DNA of 64,000 bases from Candidatus Saccharimonadota bacterium (GCA_036826295.1 DAISWO010000002.1:13963-77962), one strand, 5' to 3'. Shown: positions 29,355 through 39,366, numbered from the stretch's first letter. Translations and numbers: made by a program. Notes: a model not told the origin generated them from the sequence alone.

Positions 29355-30323
29355 ATGAGATTGAATAAAAAAGTATTTAGTCTGTTGCCGATAATAATTC
29401 TATTGGCAATTGGTGTTGGCTTCGTTTATAGACAATCTATATTTGATTGGTACAGGTTGTGGTCATATGATCCACCTGCTAGCATCAAGCAAGTCGCGAA
29501 AAAAGCTACCATGACCGAAGACGGAAAGAGGAACTTCTATGTTATGCATCCTGTTGTTTCAAGCGGGACTGACTTTAACGATAAATGCCGAAATGATATG
29601 GCTAATGAATATTCGATAATTTTAGGATGCTATATAAGTAATGACGGGATTTATTTATACGACGTAGATGATAAGCGGTTGAAAGGAATTGTTGAAGTAA
29701 CAGCGGCACATGAAATGCTGCATTCGGCTTACGATCGATTAAGCGCTAGCGAGAAACAAAAAGTAGACGAGATGACTAGTCAAACGATACTAAATGTCTC
29801 AGACAATAGGATAAAAAAGACTGTTGAGCAATACAGGAAGCAAGATCCTTCTAGCGTGCCAAATGAACTGCATTCCATACTGGGCACTGAAGTAGCCGAA
29901 CTCCCGCAGGAACTTGAAAATTATTATAAGAAGTATTTTGCTGATCGATCGGTTGTTACTAGTTTGTCGGCAGGTTATGAGACAGAATTTAGTACCAGAC
30001 AAAGCAAGGCGGAACAGATTGAATTGCAGATTTCTGGTCTTAAGACTGAAATTGAGACGAATCAAAAGTTAGTGAACGACAAAAGATTTCAACTAGAAAA
30101 TGATAAAGCAGAACTTGATGAGTTATTGGCTGATGGTAAGGCTGATGAGTACAACCAGAGAGTAGATACGTATAATCAAAGTGTCAGCGACTATAATCAG
30201 ATTGTTAACGACCTACAAGCGACAATTAATCAGCACAATGCTCTTGTAAAAGAGTATAGGACTGTGTCTCTGGAAATAAATGATCTATACCAGTCGATAG
30301 ATAGCCGACCAGCAGAACTATAG
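29355..30323 (+). CDS. membrane-anchored HExxH protein with C-terminal coiled coil (putative metallopeptidase)
   Basis: N-terminal TM helix, an AAHEMLHSAY motif, and a long heptad-like Q/N/E/K-rich tail. Confidence 0.5.
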   Translation: MRLNKKVFSLLPIIILLAIGVGFVYRQSIFDWYRLWSYDPPASIKQVAKKATMTEDGKRNFYVMHPVVSSGTDFNDKCRNDMANEYSIILGCYISNDGIYLYDVDDKRLKGIVEVTAAHEMLHSAYDRLSASEKQKVDEMTSQTILNVSDNRIKKTVEQYRKQDPSSVPNELHSILGTEVAELPQELENYYKKYFADRSVVTSLSAGYETEFSTRQSKAEQIELQISGLKTEIETNQKLVNDKRFQLENDKAELDELLADGKADEYNQRVDTYNQSVSDYNQIVNDLQATINQHNALVKEYRTVSLEINDLYQSIDSRPAEL

Positions 30324-30341
30324 TCTGATACAATCTCTATA

Positions 30342-31682
30342 ATGGCAAAAAAACAACAAAAGCTGTATTTGTGTAGTAATTGCGGAGATGAATTCAACGT
30401 TTGGGCTGGTAAATGCCAGTCCTGCGATCAGTGGAATACATTAGAAGAAATAATAGTTGATAAAAGTACTAGGAAGAATCCAAAAACAAGCGAAATTACG
30501 ATAGTCTCGACAAAAGATGCCATAAAGAATAAAGAGAAAAGGCTTCAGGTCGGCGATGTTGATCTCGATAAAGTGCTTGGCGGAGGTTTAGTAAAAGGAG
30601 GTGTTGTATTAATCGCTGGAGAGCCAGGGATTGGCAAAAGCACACTACTACTTCAAATAGCTGATGGTTCCGGCAAGCAAGCAAAGGTTTTGTACGTGAG
30701 CGCAGAAGAATCCATACATCAAGTAGGGCTTCGTGCTGCAAGACTGGGAGTTGATAAGAATAATATATCCCTTTCCGACGAAACCGACGTAGATACAATT
30801 GCGCAGACCATAGATTCTAAAAAGTTTGATCTGGTTATTGTCGATTCAATACAAACGGTATCAACAAGTTTGCTCTCAAGTTCATCAGGCTCTATTAGTC
30901 AAATTACTAGCTGTACTCATCTATTAATTGAGGCTTCAAAAAGATCTAATACCGCACTAATGATAGTTGGCCATGTAACAAAAGAAGGAAGCATCGCCGG
31001 ACCAAAAATCTTAGAGCATATTGTAGATGTAGTTCTGCAACTAGAAGGGGATAGGCATGGTGGCTTTAAGCTCCTTAGGAGTATCAAGAACCGCTTTGGA
31101 AGTACAAATGAAGTAGCAATCCTTGAAATGGTAGAGAAGGGACTGAGAGTAGTCGAAAATCCTTCCAAAGAGTTATTAAAAGAAAGACAAATAACTGACG
31201 GGTCAGTAGTTTTGGCAACGATGGAAGGGACACGCCCTGTGTTGGTTGAGGTCCAAGCGCTTGTTAACAAAACCAGTTATGGATACCCGAAGAGGACATC
31301 TAGTGGATTTGATCTTAATCGTCTAAATCTGTTGATAGCAGTGTTGGAAAAGCGAACAAAACTCAATCTCTCAGATAAGGATATTTATATAAACATTGTT
31401 GGAGGCATAAAGATTTCTGAAAATGCCGCAGATCTCGCTGTCTGTATGGCGATAGGCTCAGCAGCGAACGGCCTAAAACTCTCAGTTAATTCTGTCGTGT
31501 TTGGTGAAGTTGGCTTAAGCGGGGAAGTCCGTCATGTAGGAAATATCGATAAGCGTATTGAAGAGTCAAACAAGATGGGATTTGACCAAACAATTGGTCC
31601 AAAACCATCGAGCTCAACAAAACCATCACACTTTATAGCTAAAGATTTACGTTTAACTCTAAATCACTTTTTGAAAGTCTAG
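30342..31682 (+). CDS. radA: DNA repair protein RadA/Sms
   Basis: CxxC-x-CxxC zinc finger, Walker A GEPGIGKST, KNRFG motif and a Lon-like C-terminal domain. Confidence 0.95.
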   Translation: MAKKQQKLYLCSNCGDEFNVWAGKCQSCDQWNTLEEIIVDKSTRKNPKTSEITIVSTKDAIKNKEKRLQVGDVDLDKVLGGGLVKGGVVLIAGEPGIGKSTLLLQIADGSGKQAKVLYVSAEESIHQVGLRAARLGVDKNNISLSDETDVDTIAQTIDSKKFDLVIVDSIQTVSTSLLSSSSGSISQITSCTHLLIEASKRSNTALMIVGHVTKEGSIAGPKILEHIVDVVLQLEGDRHGGFKLLRSIKNRFGSTNEVAILEMVEKGLRVVENPSKELLKERQITDGSVVLATMEGTRPVLVEVQALVNKTSYGYPKRTSSGFDLNRLNLLIAVLEKRTKLNLSDKDIYINIVGGIKISENAADLAVCMAIGSAANGLKLSVNSVVFGEVGLSGEVRHVGNIDKRIEESNKMGFDQTIGPKPSSSTKPSHFIAKDLRLTLNHFLKV

Positions 31683-31689
31683 TAACTAT

Positions 31690-34600
31690 TTAGAGCGGAT
31701 ATGTAAATGTGATTGTGCTTGATTTGCCGTTTGCAGTCACTGTTGCGGTATAGCTCTTTCCAATTTCTACTTCCCTAACTAGAGATTTGCTGGTGGTTGA
31801 CGAACAACTATTTGGCCCGCCAGATTCTTTTAGGCACACTTGATAAGTTGTGCCGGACGGTAGATTAGAACTCGCCCATTGAATTTTTACTTCATCGCCT
31901 CCCTGATCAGCTACAGAAAGTGATCCTATACTCGTTCCACTACTTGAACTACCGGTTATAGTTGATGAATCTGTAGCATCGTACAGAACACTGTCTATAA
32001 CTGTGGCTGTAACTGATTTAGAACCACTAAAAGTAGGCTTATAGTTTTTGTAAATTACTGTGCCTGGTTTTGAAATCGTGAATGAGCCTCCTGCAATTTG
32101 AGATCCACCAACTGAAAATGTTACTTTACCAGGGAATTTAGCGCTTGTAAGCGGGTGAGTACCTTGGCTAACTGTAGCAACTAGATTATAGCTATTTGAG
32201 CCTTGTTTTTGTACGGAAAGGCTAATTTTTGGCTTACTATCACTACATTTGTGAACATCATCTTGTTGACCCGAATTGTTTCCTCCGGCGTCAACGTAAG
32301 TGTCTCCAGAAAAGCTTGAAGCGTCGGTTTCGGTGAGAGTTTTCTTGGCACGATTTGGTGTACAACTCGTTGCAATTTTGTTTGAGACAATGTCGATTGT
32401 CTTTTTTGATGCGGATTTCTTTTTATTGTTTTGGTACCAACTTGGGTACAAGTCTCTTGCAGGGCTTGGCTCAACAGAACCAATACCTACGTGATTTCTG
32501 ATGACATATGCTGATTCTTCTTTGACTCCTGCTGGTCTTGACCAGTCTTTGGCTTTTTTACCTTCATGGGCTGCATTCATCCAGCCTTGCCAGATAGGCT
32601 GAGTCATACTTTCCATGGTCCCGCTCATTTCAACTTGTCGAGTATGATGTCCAACCCAAACACTAGTAGAGTATTTTGAGGAGTATCCTGTCATCCAACC
32701 GTCTTTGCCGTCGTTCGTGGTACCAGTTTTCATGGCAAAATTCCAGCCATTCGGTCCGTACTGAGGTTTTCTGCCTGCAGGGAAATAGCTTGCGTTAGGG
32801 TCCGACAGAATGTCGTTTATGATGTATGCAGAGTCTGCTTTGATTGCTTGTCTTGATTTTCCTTTATCGTCTCGACTCCAATCATATACTGGTTTTGACG
32901 TGGAATCTTCAATCTTTAGAATATAGGTCTGAGGAATCCATTTACCATTCCGTGAAAGCGAAGCCTGGGCGTGGACATGTTCATCAAGTTTTAAGAAAGC
33001 ACCGTCACCGATTGAAGATGAAGCTCCACATTGAATGGATTCTGTTAAAGCTTCGTCGCCGTAACACTTATATCCGCTCTCTAGTCCGAGGTTTTCAGCA
33101 GTCTTAATCGTCTTATCGACACCGTTTATTAGCATTGCTTTAACGGCTGGTACATTTCTAGATCCACCTAACGCATAACGAATAGTTACAGGACCAGGAT
33201 ACCTGAAATCATAGTCATATAAACAATTACCATTTCCACGTGGTGGAGGTAACCCTTTGTTGGTGCACTCGTAACCTTCAAGAGGACCCTGCGTGTCATA
33301 AAGAACAGACCCTGCACCGAAATTATTTTGGTTGTCAATTAATGAAACATAATCGTAAGGTTTAAAACTAGAGCCCGGTGGTAGCTTTGTCTGGGCATAG
33401 TTAAGCTGACCAAACTCTTTGTTGGTAAAATCTGTTCCTCCAACTAAGGCAACCATTTGACCTGTTTCGACGTCTTCTGATGCAATGGCTGCGTTATCTC
33501 CCCCTTGAGCGTACACCTGACCTATACCGGCTGCAATTTGTTCTTCCGCTTTCTTTTGTAACTTTAAATCAAGTGAAGTAGTGACTTTCCAGCCACCAAT
33601 GTCGGCAGTTTCGGAAGCAATTTTGTTCTGGATCTGATTCTTTGCAGCTAGGACAAACCACGGGGCCTTAATACCGGCGAATTTAGCTTTTCTAGGTTTA
33701 ACAGTTTTTAGAACATTTACTTTTTTGGCCTTATCCCTCTCAGCAGAAGAAATCATTCCTTGATCTACCATTTGGTCTAAGATGTAGTGCTGTCTGTTTG
33801 TAAAACTTTCTTTATCAAAGTCTTGACTGTAAGGAGAGTAGTATCTTGGTGATTTAGGGATAGCTGCAAGCATTGAAGATTCGGCAAGATTAAGTTCTTT
33901 TGCCGATTTGTTAAAGTAATCACGCGCAGCTGCTTCGGCTCCGTACTCAATTCCCCCGTATGGCGCAGTGTTTAAGTAACCTGTTAAGATTTCTGTTTTT
34001 GAATAGCTTCTTTCAAGTTCTACTGCCAGAATAACTTCTTTGACTTTCCTACTAACGGTTCGTTCTTGAGTCCAGTTTTGAGTCAGCTTTACTAATTGTT
34101 GGGTAATAGTTGACCCTCCTTGTGTGCTTCCACCGAAAGCATTATTCCAGGCGGCACGTGATATTCCTCGGACATCAAAACCACCGTGTTTAAAAAAGTC
34201 TTTGTCTTCTATTGCGATAGTCGCATCTTTAAGCTCTTGTGAAATATCGTCTTCTTCAACGGGTATACGTTTGGCCGCATCATAATCTTCCCATAACAGG
34301 ACTTTGCCAGTTCGGTCGTAATACTGAATACTTCCACCTAGATTGCTACCAGTTATTGATCTTAGGTCTGGTAGATCTTTTCGAAAATATGCAAACATCC
34401 CAACGAGTATCAAGAAACCTGCAATAAGGCCAATTCCCATAATTTTAAGAGCCATTATTCCACCCTCACGACTGAACCAATAATGATACATTCGTTTAGG
34501 ATGTAATCTGTAGAAGAATCTTTGAACGCGACCCTTTGGCATACCGCTTAGACGTTCTGCTTTAGATCTGGTCTTTGAATCATTTCGAATTTTTAGTTTG

Positions 34601-34692
34601 TCAGATATGCTTCGGTGGATTTTCACAGTAGAACCACTTCTGGTTGTAAAAGTATTTCTTCCGACTCTTGGGCTTCGGCGATTTCGTGCCAT
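31690..34692 (-). CDS. class A penicillin-binding protein (transglycosylase/transpeptidase) with long S/T/G-rich C-terminal extension
   Basis: GT51 motifs (EDKDFFKHGGFD, RKVKE), transpeptidase motifs SSFKP and KTGT, and an N-terminal TM helix. Confidence 0.9.
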   Translation of the reverse strand: MARNRRSPRVGRNTFTTRSGSTVKIHRSISDKLKIRNDSKTRSKAERLSGMPKGRVQRFFYRLHPKRMYHYWFSREGGIMALKIMGIGLIAGFLILVGMFAYFRKDLPDLRSITGSNLGGSIQYYDRTGKVLLWEDYDAAKRIPVEEDDISQELKDATIAIEDKDFFKHGGFDVRGISRAAWNNAFGGSTQGGSTITQQLVKLTQNWTQERTVSRKVKEVILAVELERSYSKTEILTGYLNTAPYGGIEYGAEAAARDYFNKSAKELNLAESSMLAAIPKSPRYYSPYSQDFDKESFTNRQHYILDQMVDQGMISSAERDKAKKVNVLKTVKPRKAKFAGIKAPWFVLAAKNQIQNKIASETADIGGWKVTTSLDLKLQKKAEEQIAAGIGQVYAQGGDNAAIASEDVETGQMVALVGGTDFTNKEFGQLNYAQTKLPPGSSFKPYDYVSLIDNQNNFGAGSVLYDTQGPLEGYECTNKGLPPPRGNGNCLYDYDFRYPGPVTIRYALGGSRNVPAVKAMLINGVDKTIKTAENLGLESGYKCYGDEALTESIQCGASSSIGDGAFLKLDEHVHAQASLSRNGKWIPQTYILKIEDSTSKPVYDWSRDDKGKSRQAIKADSAYIINDILSDPNASYFPAGRKPQYGPNGWNFAMKTGTTNDGKDGWMTGYSSKYSTSVWVGHHTRQVEMSGTMESMTQPIWQGWMNAAHEGKKAKDWSRPAGVKEESAYVIRNHVGIGSVEPSPARDLYPSWYQNNKKKSASKKTIDIVSNKIATSCTPNRAKKTLTETDASSFSGDTYVDAGGNNSGQQDDVHKCSDSKPKISLSVQKQGSNSYNLVATVSQGTHPLTSAKFPGKVTFSVGGSQIAGGSFTISKPGTVIYKNYKPTFSGSKSVTATVIDSVLYDATDSSTITGSSSSGTSIGSLSVADQGGDEVKIQWASSNLPSGTTYQVCLKESGGPNSCSSTTSKSLVREVEIGKSYTATVTANGKSSTITFTYPL

Positions 34693-34851
34693 TATTGATT
34701 ACTCTCCTTGGATTTAACATGAACATTATATCAAATAATGCTGGGATTAACGCTATGAAAAGCTTAGCAGTATAAAAATGCATTCCAGTATTCAAAGTAT
34801 GTGTACCTAAAAATATGGATTCACAAAAAACCTGATATACTTTTTGCTGAC

Positions 34852-35622
34852 ATGACAAAACAAAATGCTAAACAAAAACGAGCTGATCAATATAACGACC
34901 CATCCCATAACTACAAAAATTACTGGGATGGACGTGAGTATGAGAACGCAGCCGAAGAGTTGGCTATACGACGATTACTGAAAAACAGGTCTTTTAGACA
35001 TGCAGTTGACGTTGGTGGAGGTTACGGTAGGCTTTGTATCCTTCTCGAAGAATACGCAAAGAAAGTGACACTTGCTGAACCTAGTAAACAACAGTTAGAT
35101 ATCGCTAAAGATTTTTTAAAAAACCATAAAAGAATCAATCGCGAACTAATGCAGGCTGATGACCTCAAATTCAAAGACGAAAGCGTAGACCTAGTTACGA
35201 TGGTGCGCGTAATGCACCACCTGCCTGATCCTTCGCTTGAGTTTTCCGAAATTGCCCGAATTTTATCAAGTGACGGGTTGTTCATACTCGAAATTGCCAA
35301 TTTGGCGCATATACGAAATCGTATTAAATACATGATAAAAGGCAAAAAAGTTCCGATAGACCCTGTGGATATTCGGAGTCCAAAAAATCGTAATAAGAAC
35401 GAAATCGATTTTGTTAACCATAATCCTAAGAAAGTTGCCAAACAACTTGCCCATGCAGGGTTGAGAGTTGATAAAGTTTTGTCTGTATCTAACCTTCGTA
35501 GTCCCGGCCTCAAAAAAATTGCACCGATAAGCGCAATGGTAACTGTTGAAAAGTTTTTACAACGTCCTCTTGCAAGAGCACACTTTGGGCCGAGCGTATT
35601 CTTTTTAGTAAAAAAAGCCTAG
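34852..35622 (+). CDS. class I SAM-dependent methyltransferase
   Basis: Motif I VDVGGGYGR. ATG at 34852 is preferred over the track start at 34801. Confidence 0.75.
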   Translation: MTKQNAKQKRADQYNDPSHNYKNYWDGREYENAAEELAIRRLLKNRSFRHAVDVGGGYGRLCILLEEYAKKVTLAEPSKQQLDIAKDFLKNHKRINRELMQADDLKFKDESVDLVTMVRVMHHLPDPSLEFSEIARILSSDGLFILEIANLAHIRNRIKYMIKGKKVPIDPVDIRSPKNRNKNEIDFVNHNPKKVAKQLAHAGLRVDKVLSVSNLRSPGLKKIAPISAMVTVEKFLQRPLARAHFGPSVFFLVKKA

Positions 35623-35664
35623 AACTTAGCTAAACGAACATAACAGTCGCTATAATATGACTGT

Positions 35665-37701
35665 ATGTTAACCACCAAGAGATTATCAGATTTGAGCGGT
35701 GTTGGGCCGGTTGTCGAAAATAATTTACGAACTATCGGGATCAAAACAATCGAAGACTTACTGAATTATTACCCCCGGCGCTACGACGATTATTCAAATT
35801 TGATCCCAATTAGTGAAATTAATCCTGGTCAAGTATCAATCAAAGGAAGAATATCCAATAGTGTTGGGCGCTATGTTAGGCGAGGAATGCATATTACCGA
35901 AGCTGTACTAACAGACAAAACGGGCTCTGTTCGTTTGGTTTGGTTTAATCAGCCTTATCGAGCTAATTCATTAAAAAATGGCAGTAATTATTTCGTTTCG
36001 GGCTTGTTTCAGCTCAGTCGACAAAGAATGAGTATAATCAACCCGTCTTTGGAGTTGGTTAGTGATTTTCCGATTAATACCGCAAGAATCTTACCGGTCT
36101 ACCCTCAATCAAGGACAATTAAGTCACCGCAACTAAGAAAATTAATAAAACTTGCTTTTGACTACGTTGACACGATCCCAGAATATATACCTAAAGAAGC
36201 AAAATCAAAGTATGGCCTGATTAGTCTTAGACAAGCGTTATTTCAACTACATTTCCCTAAATCTGAAGCAGAATTAAGTACCGCTAAAAACACCTTAGGA
36301 TTTATTGAACTTTTCGAGTTAATACTTGCTAGCCAAGTTAGTAAAAGCGATTTAGGAAAGTTAAAATCAGTAAAAATAGGCTTCGATGAGAACGTAGCAA
36401 AAAAATTTACTAGCGCCCTAAATTTTGACTTGACTGATGACCAGCGTATCGCTGTATGGCAGATATTCAAAGATATTGATAGCGATATCGCAATGAACCG
36501 TTTGTTAGAAGGTGACGTTGGTTCTGGAAAGACTGTAGTCTCTGCAATGGCTGCAGCCATGACAATATCAAATAATTTTCAAGTACTCATGCTAGCTCCA
36601 ACAGAAATCTTAGCTAGGCAACATGCTCAAACTATGATGGATCTTCTAAAACCTTTAAAGATGGATAACTACGTATCACTGTTAGTTGGAAGTATGAACA
36701 AACGTCAAAAAGAGAATGCTTATCGGTCGATTAAATCTGGTAAGTCCAAGATCTTAATTGGAACTCACGCAATTTTGCAGGAAGCTATGGATGTGCATTC
36801 ACTAGGTTTAATTATTGTCGACGAACAACATCGTTTTGGAGTCGAGCAAAGAAAAGCATTATTAAAGAAAGCTGGCCACATGCCACATATGCTTAGTATG
36901 ACCGCAACTCCGATTCCAAGGAGTTTAGCTCTGACAGTCTACGGCGATTTAGAGATTAGCTTACTCAAGAATAAGCCAAAAAACCGTAAGCCAGTTACTA
37001 CAGACATAGTCATCCAAAACGAAAGAACTAAAGTGTATGAATCATTAAAATTTAATCTAGATAATAATGAACAGATTTTTGTAGTTTGTCCTTTAATTGA
37101 AGAGTCCGATTCGATAAATGCTCGGTCGGTAAACGAAATTTTTAATGATCTGTCAAAAAAAATATTTAAAAATTATAAAGTTTCATTACTGCACGGTCGA
37201 TTATCCAATGACGAAAAACAACAAATTATGGAAAAGTATATTGCCGGTAAGGTTGACGTATTGGTATCAACAACAGTGATTGAGGTTGGAGTGGATGTTG
37301 CTAATGCTACGGTTATGTGTGTCGAATCCCCTGAACGATTCGGGCTTGCTCAGATTCATCAACTTCGTGGGCGAATTGGACGTGGCGAGAAACCAGGCAA
37401 ATGTTTTTTAATGTTAAACGGTAACGATAGTCCATCTCGGAGATTAAGTGCACTAATGTCAAGTAACGACGGTTTCAAACTTGCAGAACTTGACCTTGAA
37501 CTTCGTGGACCAGGGGCAATTTATGGAAACACTCAACATGGTTTACTCGATCTGCGGATGGCAAAACTAACTGATACGAAGTTGATAAAAAACGTCAGAG
37601 ATGCAGTCGGGGACGTGCTAGTTAAAGACCCTAATCTGTTACAATATATTGGACTTAAAAAACGAATAGAAAAACTCCAAAAAATAACTCATCTTAATTA
37701 A
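35665..37701 (+). CDS. recG: ATP-dependent DNA helicase RecG
   Basis: Wedge domain, GDVGSGKT, DEQHRFG and QLRGRIGRG motifs. Confidence 0.93.
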   Translation: MLTTKRLSDLSGVGPVVENNLRTIGIKTIEDLLNYYPRRYDDYSNLIPISEINPGQVSIKGRISNSVGRYVRRGMHITEAVLTDKTGSVRLVWFNQPYRANSLKNGSNYFVSGLFQLSRQRMSIINPSLELVSDFPINTARILPVYPQSRTIKSPQLRKLIKLAFDYVDTIPEYIPKEAKSKYGLISLRQALFQLHFPKSEAELSTAKNTLGFIELFELILASQVSKSDLGKLKSVKIGFDENVAKKFTSALNFDLTDDQRIAVWQIFKDIDSDIAMNRLLEGDVGSGKTVVSAMAAAMTISNNFQVLMLAPTEILARQHAQTMMDLLKPLKMDNYVSLLVGSMNKRQKENAYRSIKSGKSKILIGTHAILQEAMDVHSLGLIIVDEQHRFGVEQRKALLKKAGHMPHMLSMTATPIPRSLALTVYGDLEISLLKNKPKNRKPVTTDIVIQNERTKVYESLKFNLDNNEQIFVVCPLIEESDSINARSVNEIFNDLSKKIFKNYKVSLLHGRLSNDEKQQIMEKYIAGKVDVLVSTTVIEVGVDVANATVMCVESPERFGLAQIHQLRGRIGRGEKPGKCFLMLNGNDSPSRRLSALMSSNDGFKLAELDLELRGPGAIYGNTQHGLLDLRMAKLTDTKLIKNVRDAVGDVLVKDPNLLQYIGLKKRIEKLQKITHLN

Positions 37702-37713
37702 TAGAAAGTAATA

Positions 37714-38526
37714 ATGTATTCAGGTTCAACACTAACACCATTCTCAGGACGAATTTTGGGAGCACACCAAAAACTTGACAGGGTCGCCCGAACAAATTTA
37801 AAAAAAATTCTAGATAACAACGATGATTTTCCATCTTCTCGAAAAATACTCCATTTTGAAGGTAAGAAAGGCCCAGATGCAATAAAACGAAAAAGTCCGT
37901 CTAAAGACGAACCGTGGCATTATTACAGCCCTTTCGATAATGAAGATTCGCAGCTACTAGAACTAATAGACCAGCATTATAAAAAACTAGTATTGGAGCT
38001 AAAATCAAAGAATCAGGAGAGGATAGCTTTTGAAGCAGCATGGCTGGCTCACGCCCTAACCGATGGCCTCACTCCAGCACATCATTATCCGTACGAAAAG
38101 AATATAGAAAAGATATGGGGTGGCAACAAAGAATCACGAACGACATTAAAATCAAAATGGTTCCCACCTGCTGACACGGTAAAAGAAAGATTGAATAAAA
38201 CCTGGAAAGTTTGGGGCCCTAAAGGCCTAATAAGTGTGCACAGTTTGTTTGAACTGGGGATAGCAACAATTATAGCTCCGATATCTATGAAAGACTCTCT
38301 TCCGAAGCAGTCGGAACTAGATAACGCTAGCAAAATCGGTCATCTTGAAGTTTTTAAACACGCTGCTCGTGAAATCGCGGTACTCGATATGTATGAGCGG
38401 TTTATAAAAAAAGGTTGGTCACCCAAACTGGTAGTTGATATTAGAAATAAACTGGGTCCAACAATAGCAAAAACTATCTCGATAGTTTGGTTGCTAGCAA
38501 TTTACGAAGCGGGAAATAAGAAGTAG
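37714..38526 (+). CDS. hypothetical protein, possible zinc phospholipase C / S1-P1 nuclease superfamily member
   Basis: LAHALTDGLTPAHH fits the H-x3-D-x3-P-x-H metal-ligand pattern of that superfamily. Otherwise unrecognised. Confidence 0.35.
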   Translation: MYSGSTLTPFSGRILGAHQKLDRVARTNLKKILDNNDDFPSSRKILHFEGKKGPDAIKRKSPSKDEPWHYYSPFDNEDSQLLELIDQHYKKLVLELKSKNQERIAFEAAWLAHALTDGLTPAHHYPYEKNIEKIWGGNKESRTTLKSKWFPPADTVKERLNKTWKVWGPKGLISVHSLFELGIATIIAPISMKDSLPKQSELDNASKIGHLEVFKHAAREIAVLDMYERFIKKGWSPKLVVDIRNKLGPTIAKTISIVWLLAIYEAGNKK

Positions 38527-38534
38527 ATACATAT

Positions 38535-39068
38535 ATGAGAGTAGTAGCAGGTACATTAAAAGGCAGACAAATACTTGCTCCAACTGGCCACAGGACTCAC
38601 CCAATGAGCGAAAAAGTTCGGGGAGGCTTATTTAACGTCCTTGGCGAATTAAACGGTTTAGCAATTCTGGATGCATTTGCTGGAAGTGGAGCATTAAGTG
38701 TTGAAGCTGTGAGTCGTGGCGCTAAGAGTGTTGTAGCAATTGATATGGATAAAAAAGCCAATACTGTGCTGAAGCAGAACATCAAGGCCTTGAACGTCGG
38801 AGGTAGAATTAAGGCAATTCTTGCCAATGCCAGTGGTTGGTCGGATAATAACCCTACGCTTCAGTTTGATATTGTGTTGTCAGCGCCACCTTACGACGGC
38901 ATAAAAATGACGATTTTAGAAAAGCTAGTAAAACATGTCCAGAATGACGGTCTATACATACTTGATTGGCCCGGAAAAATGGAAATTCCAGTCTTCGATT
39001 CATTAACTCAGCTTAGAGTGAAGAACTATGGCGACGCACAACTGGTCTTTTATAAAAAAACAGGGTAA
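38535..39068 (+). CDS. rsmD: 16S rRNA (guanine966-N2)-methyltransferase RsmD
   Basis: RVVAGTLKGR, DAFAGSGALSVEAVSRGA and the PPY motif. Confidence 0.85.
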   Translation: MRVVAGTLKGRQILAPTGHRTHPMSEKVRGGLFNVLGELNGLAILDAFAGSGALSVEAVSRGAKSVVAIDMDKKANTVLKQNIKALNVGGRIKAILANASGWSDNNPTLQFDIVLSAPPYDGIKMTILEKLVKHVQNDGLYILDWPGKMEIPVFDSLTQLRVKNYGDAQLVFYKKTG

Positions 39069-39098
39069 AATCGTACAGTTACCAAATTATTGCATTAT

Positions 39099-39183
39099 GG
39101 GGATGTGGTGGAATTGGTAGACACGCTAGTCTTAGGAACTAGTGCCGCAAGGCGTGTAGGTTCGAGTCCTATCATCCCCACCA
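39099..39183 (+). tRNA. tRNA-Leu (anticodon UAG), CCA encoded
   Basis: Acceptor stem GGGGATG/CATCCCC, anticodon stem-loop CTAGT-CTTAGGA-ACTAG, long variable arm, GGTTCGAGTCC T-arm and a terminal ACCA. Confidence 0.9.
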
Positions 39184-39212
39184 TTGCAAAACATTGACGA
39201 GTATGACATAAT
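39184..39212 (+). promoter_or_regulatory. candidate promoter (TTGCAA-17-CATAAT) immediately after the tRNA
   Basis: Hexamers at 39184-39189 and 39207-39212. Confidence 0.4.
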
Positions 39213-39309
39213 ATAAAATCGTAATGAATATATTTTCAACTAACCAACATCACGTACATACGTTGCCGGAGCTGATCGGTTAGTTTTCTATTGTCCTAAA
39301 AAACATACG

Positions 39310-39334
39310 AACGCCGGATCACTCCGGCGTTTTT
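39310..39334 (+). terminator. intrinsic terminator/attenuator hairpin upstream of the LOG-like-hisS operon
   Basis: AACGCCGGA-TCAC-TCCGGCGTT followed by a T-run. The SD AGGAG and the GTG start follow 22-33 nt later. Confidence 0.7.
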
Positions 39335-39366
39335 GCTATATTTACATAAATTTTTAGGAGAAAAAC

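Noticed and set aside
35022-35513. 163-aa minus-strand ORF inside the SAM methyltransferase gene
   Set aside because: It lies wholly antisense to a gene with a clear SAM-binding motif. It has no SD or promoter, which is typical of a shadow ORF.
39213-39334. T-box riboswitch upstream of hisS
   Set aside because: No T-box consensus (AANNNGGGTGGNACCGCG-like) or Stem I specifier architecture is recognisable, and the leader is much shorter than typical T-boxes. I kept it as an unclassified leader or attenuator instead.
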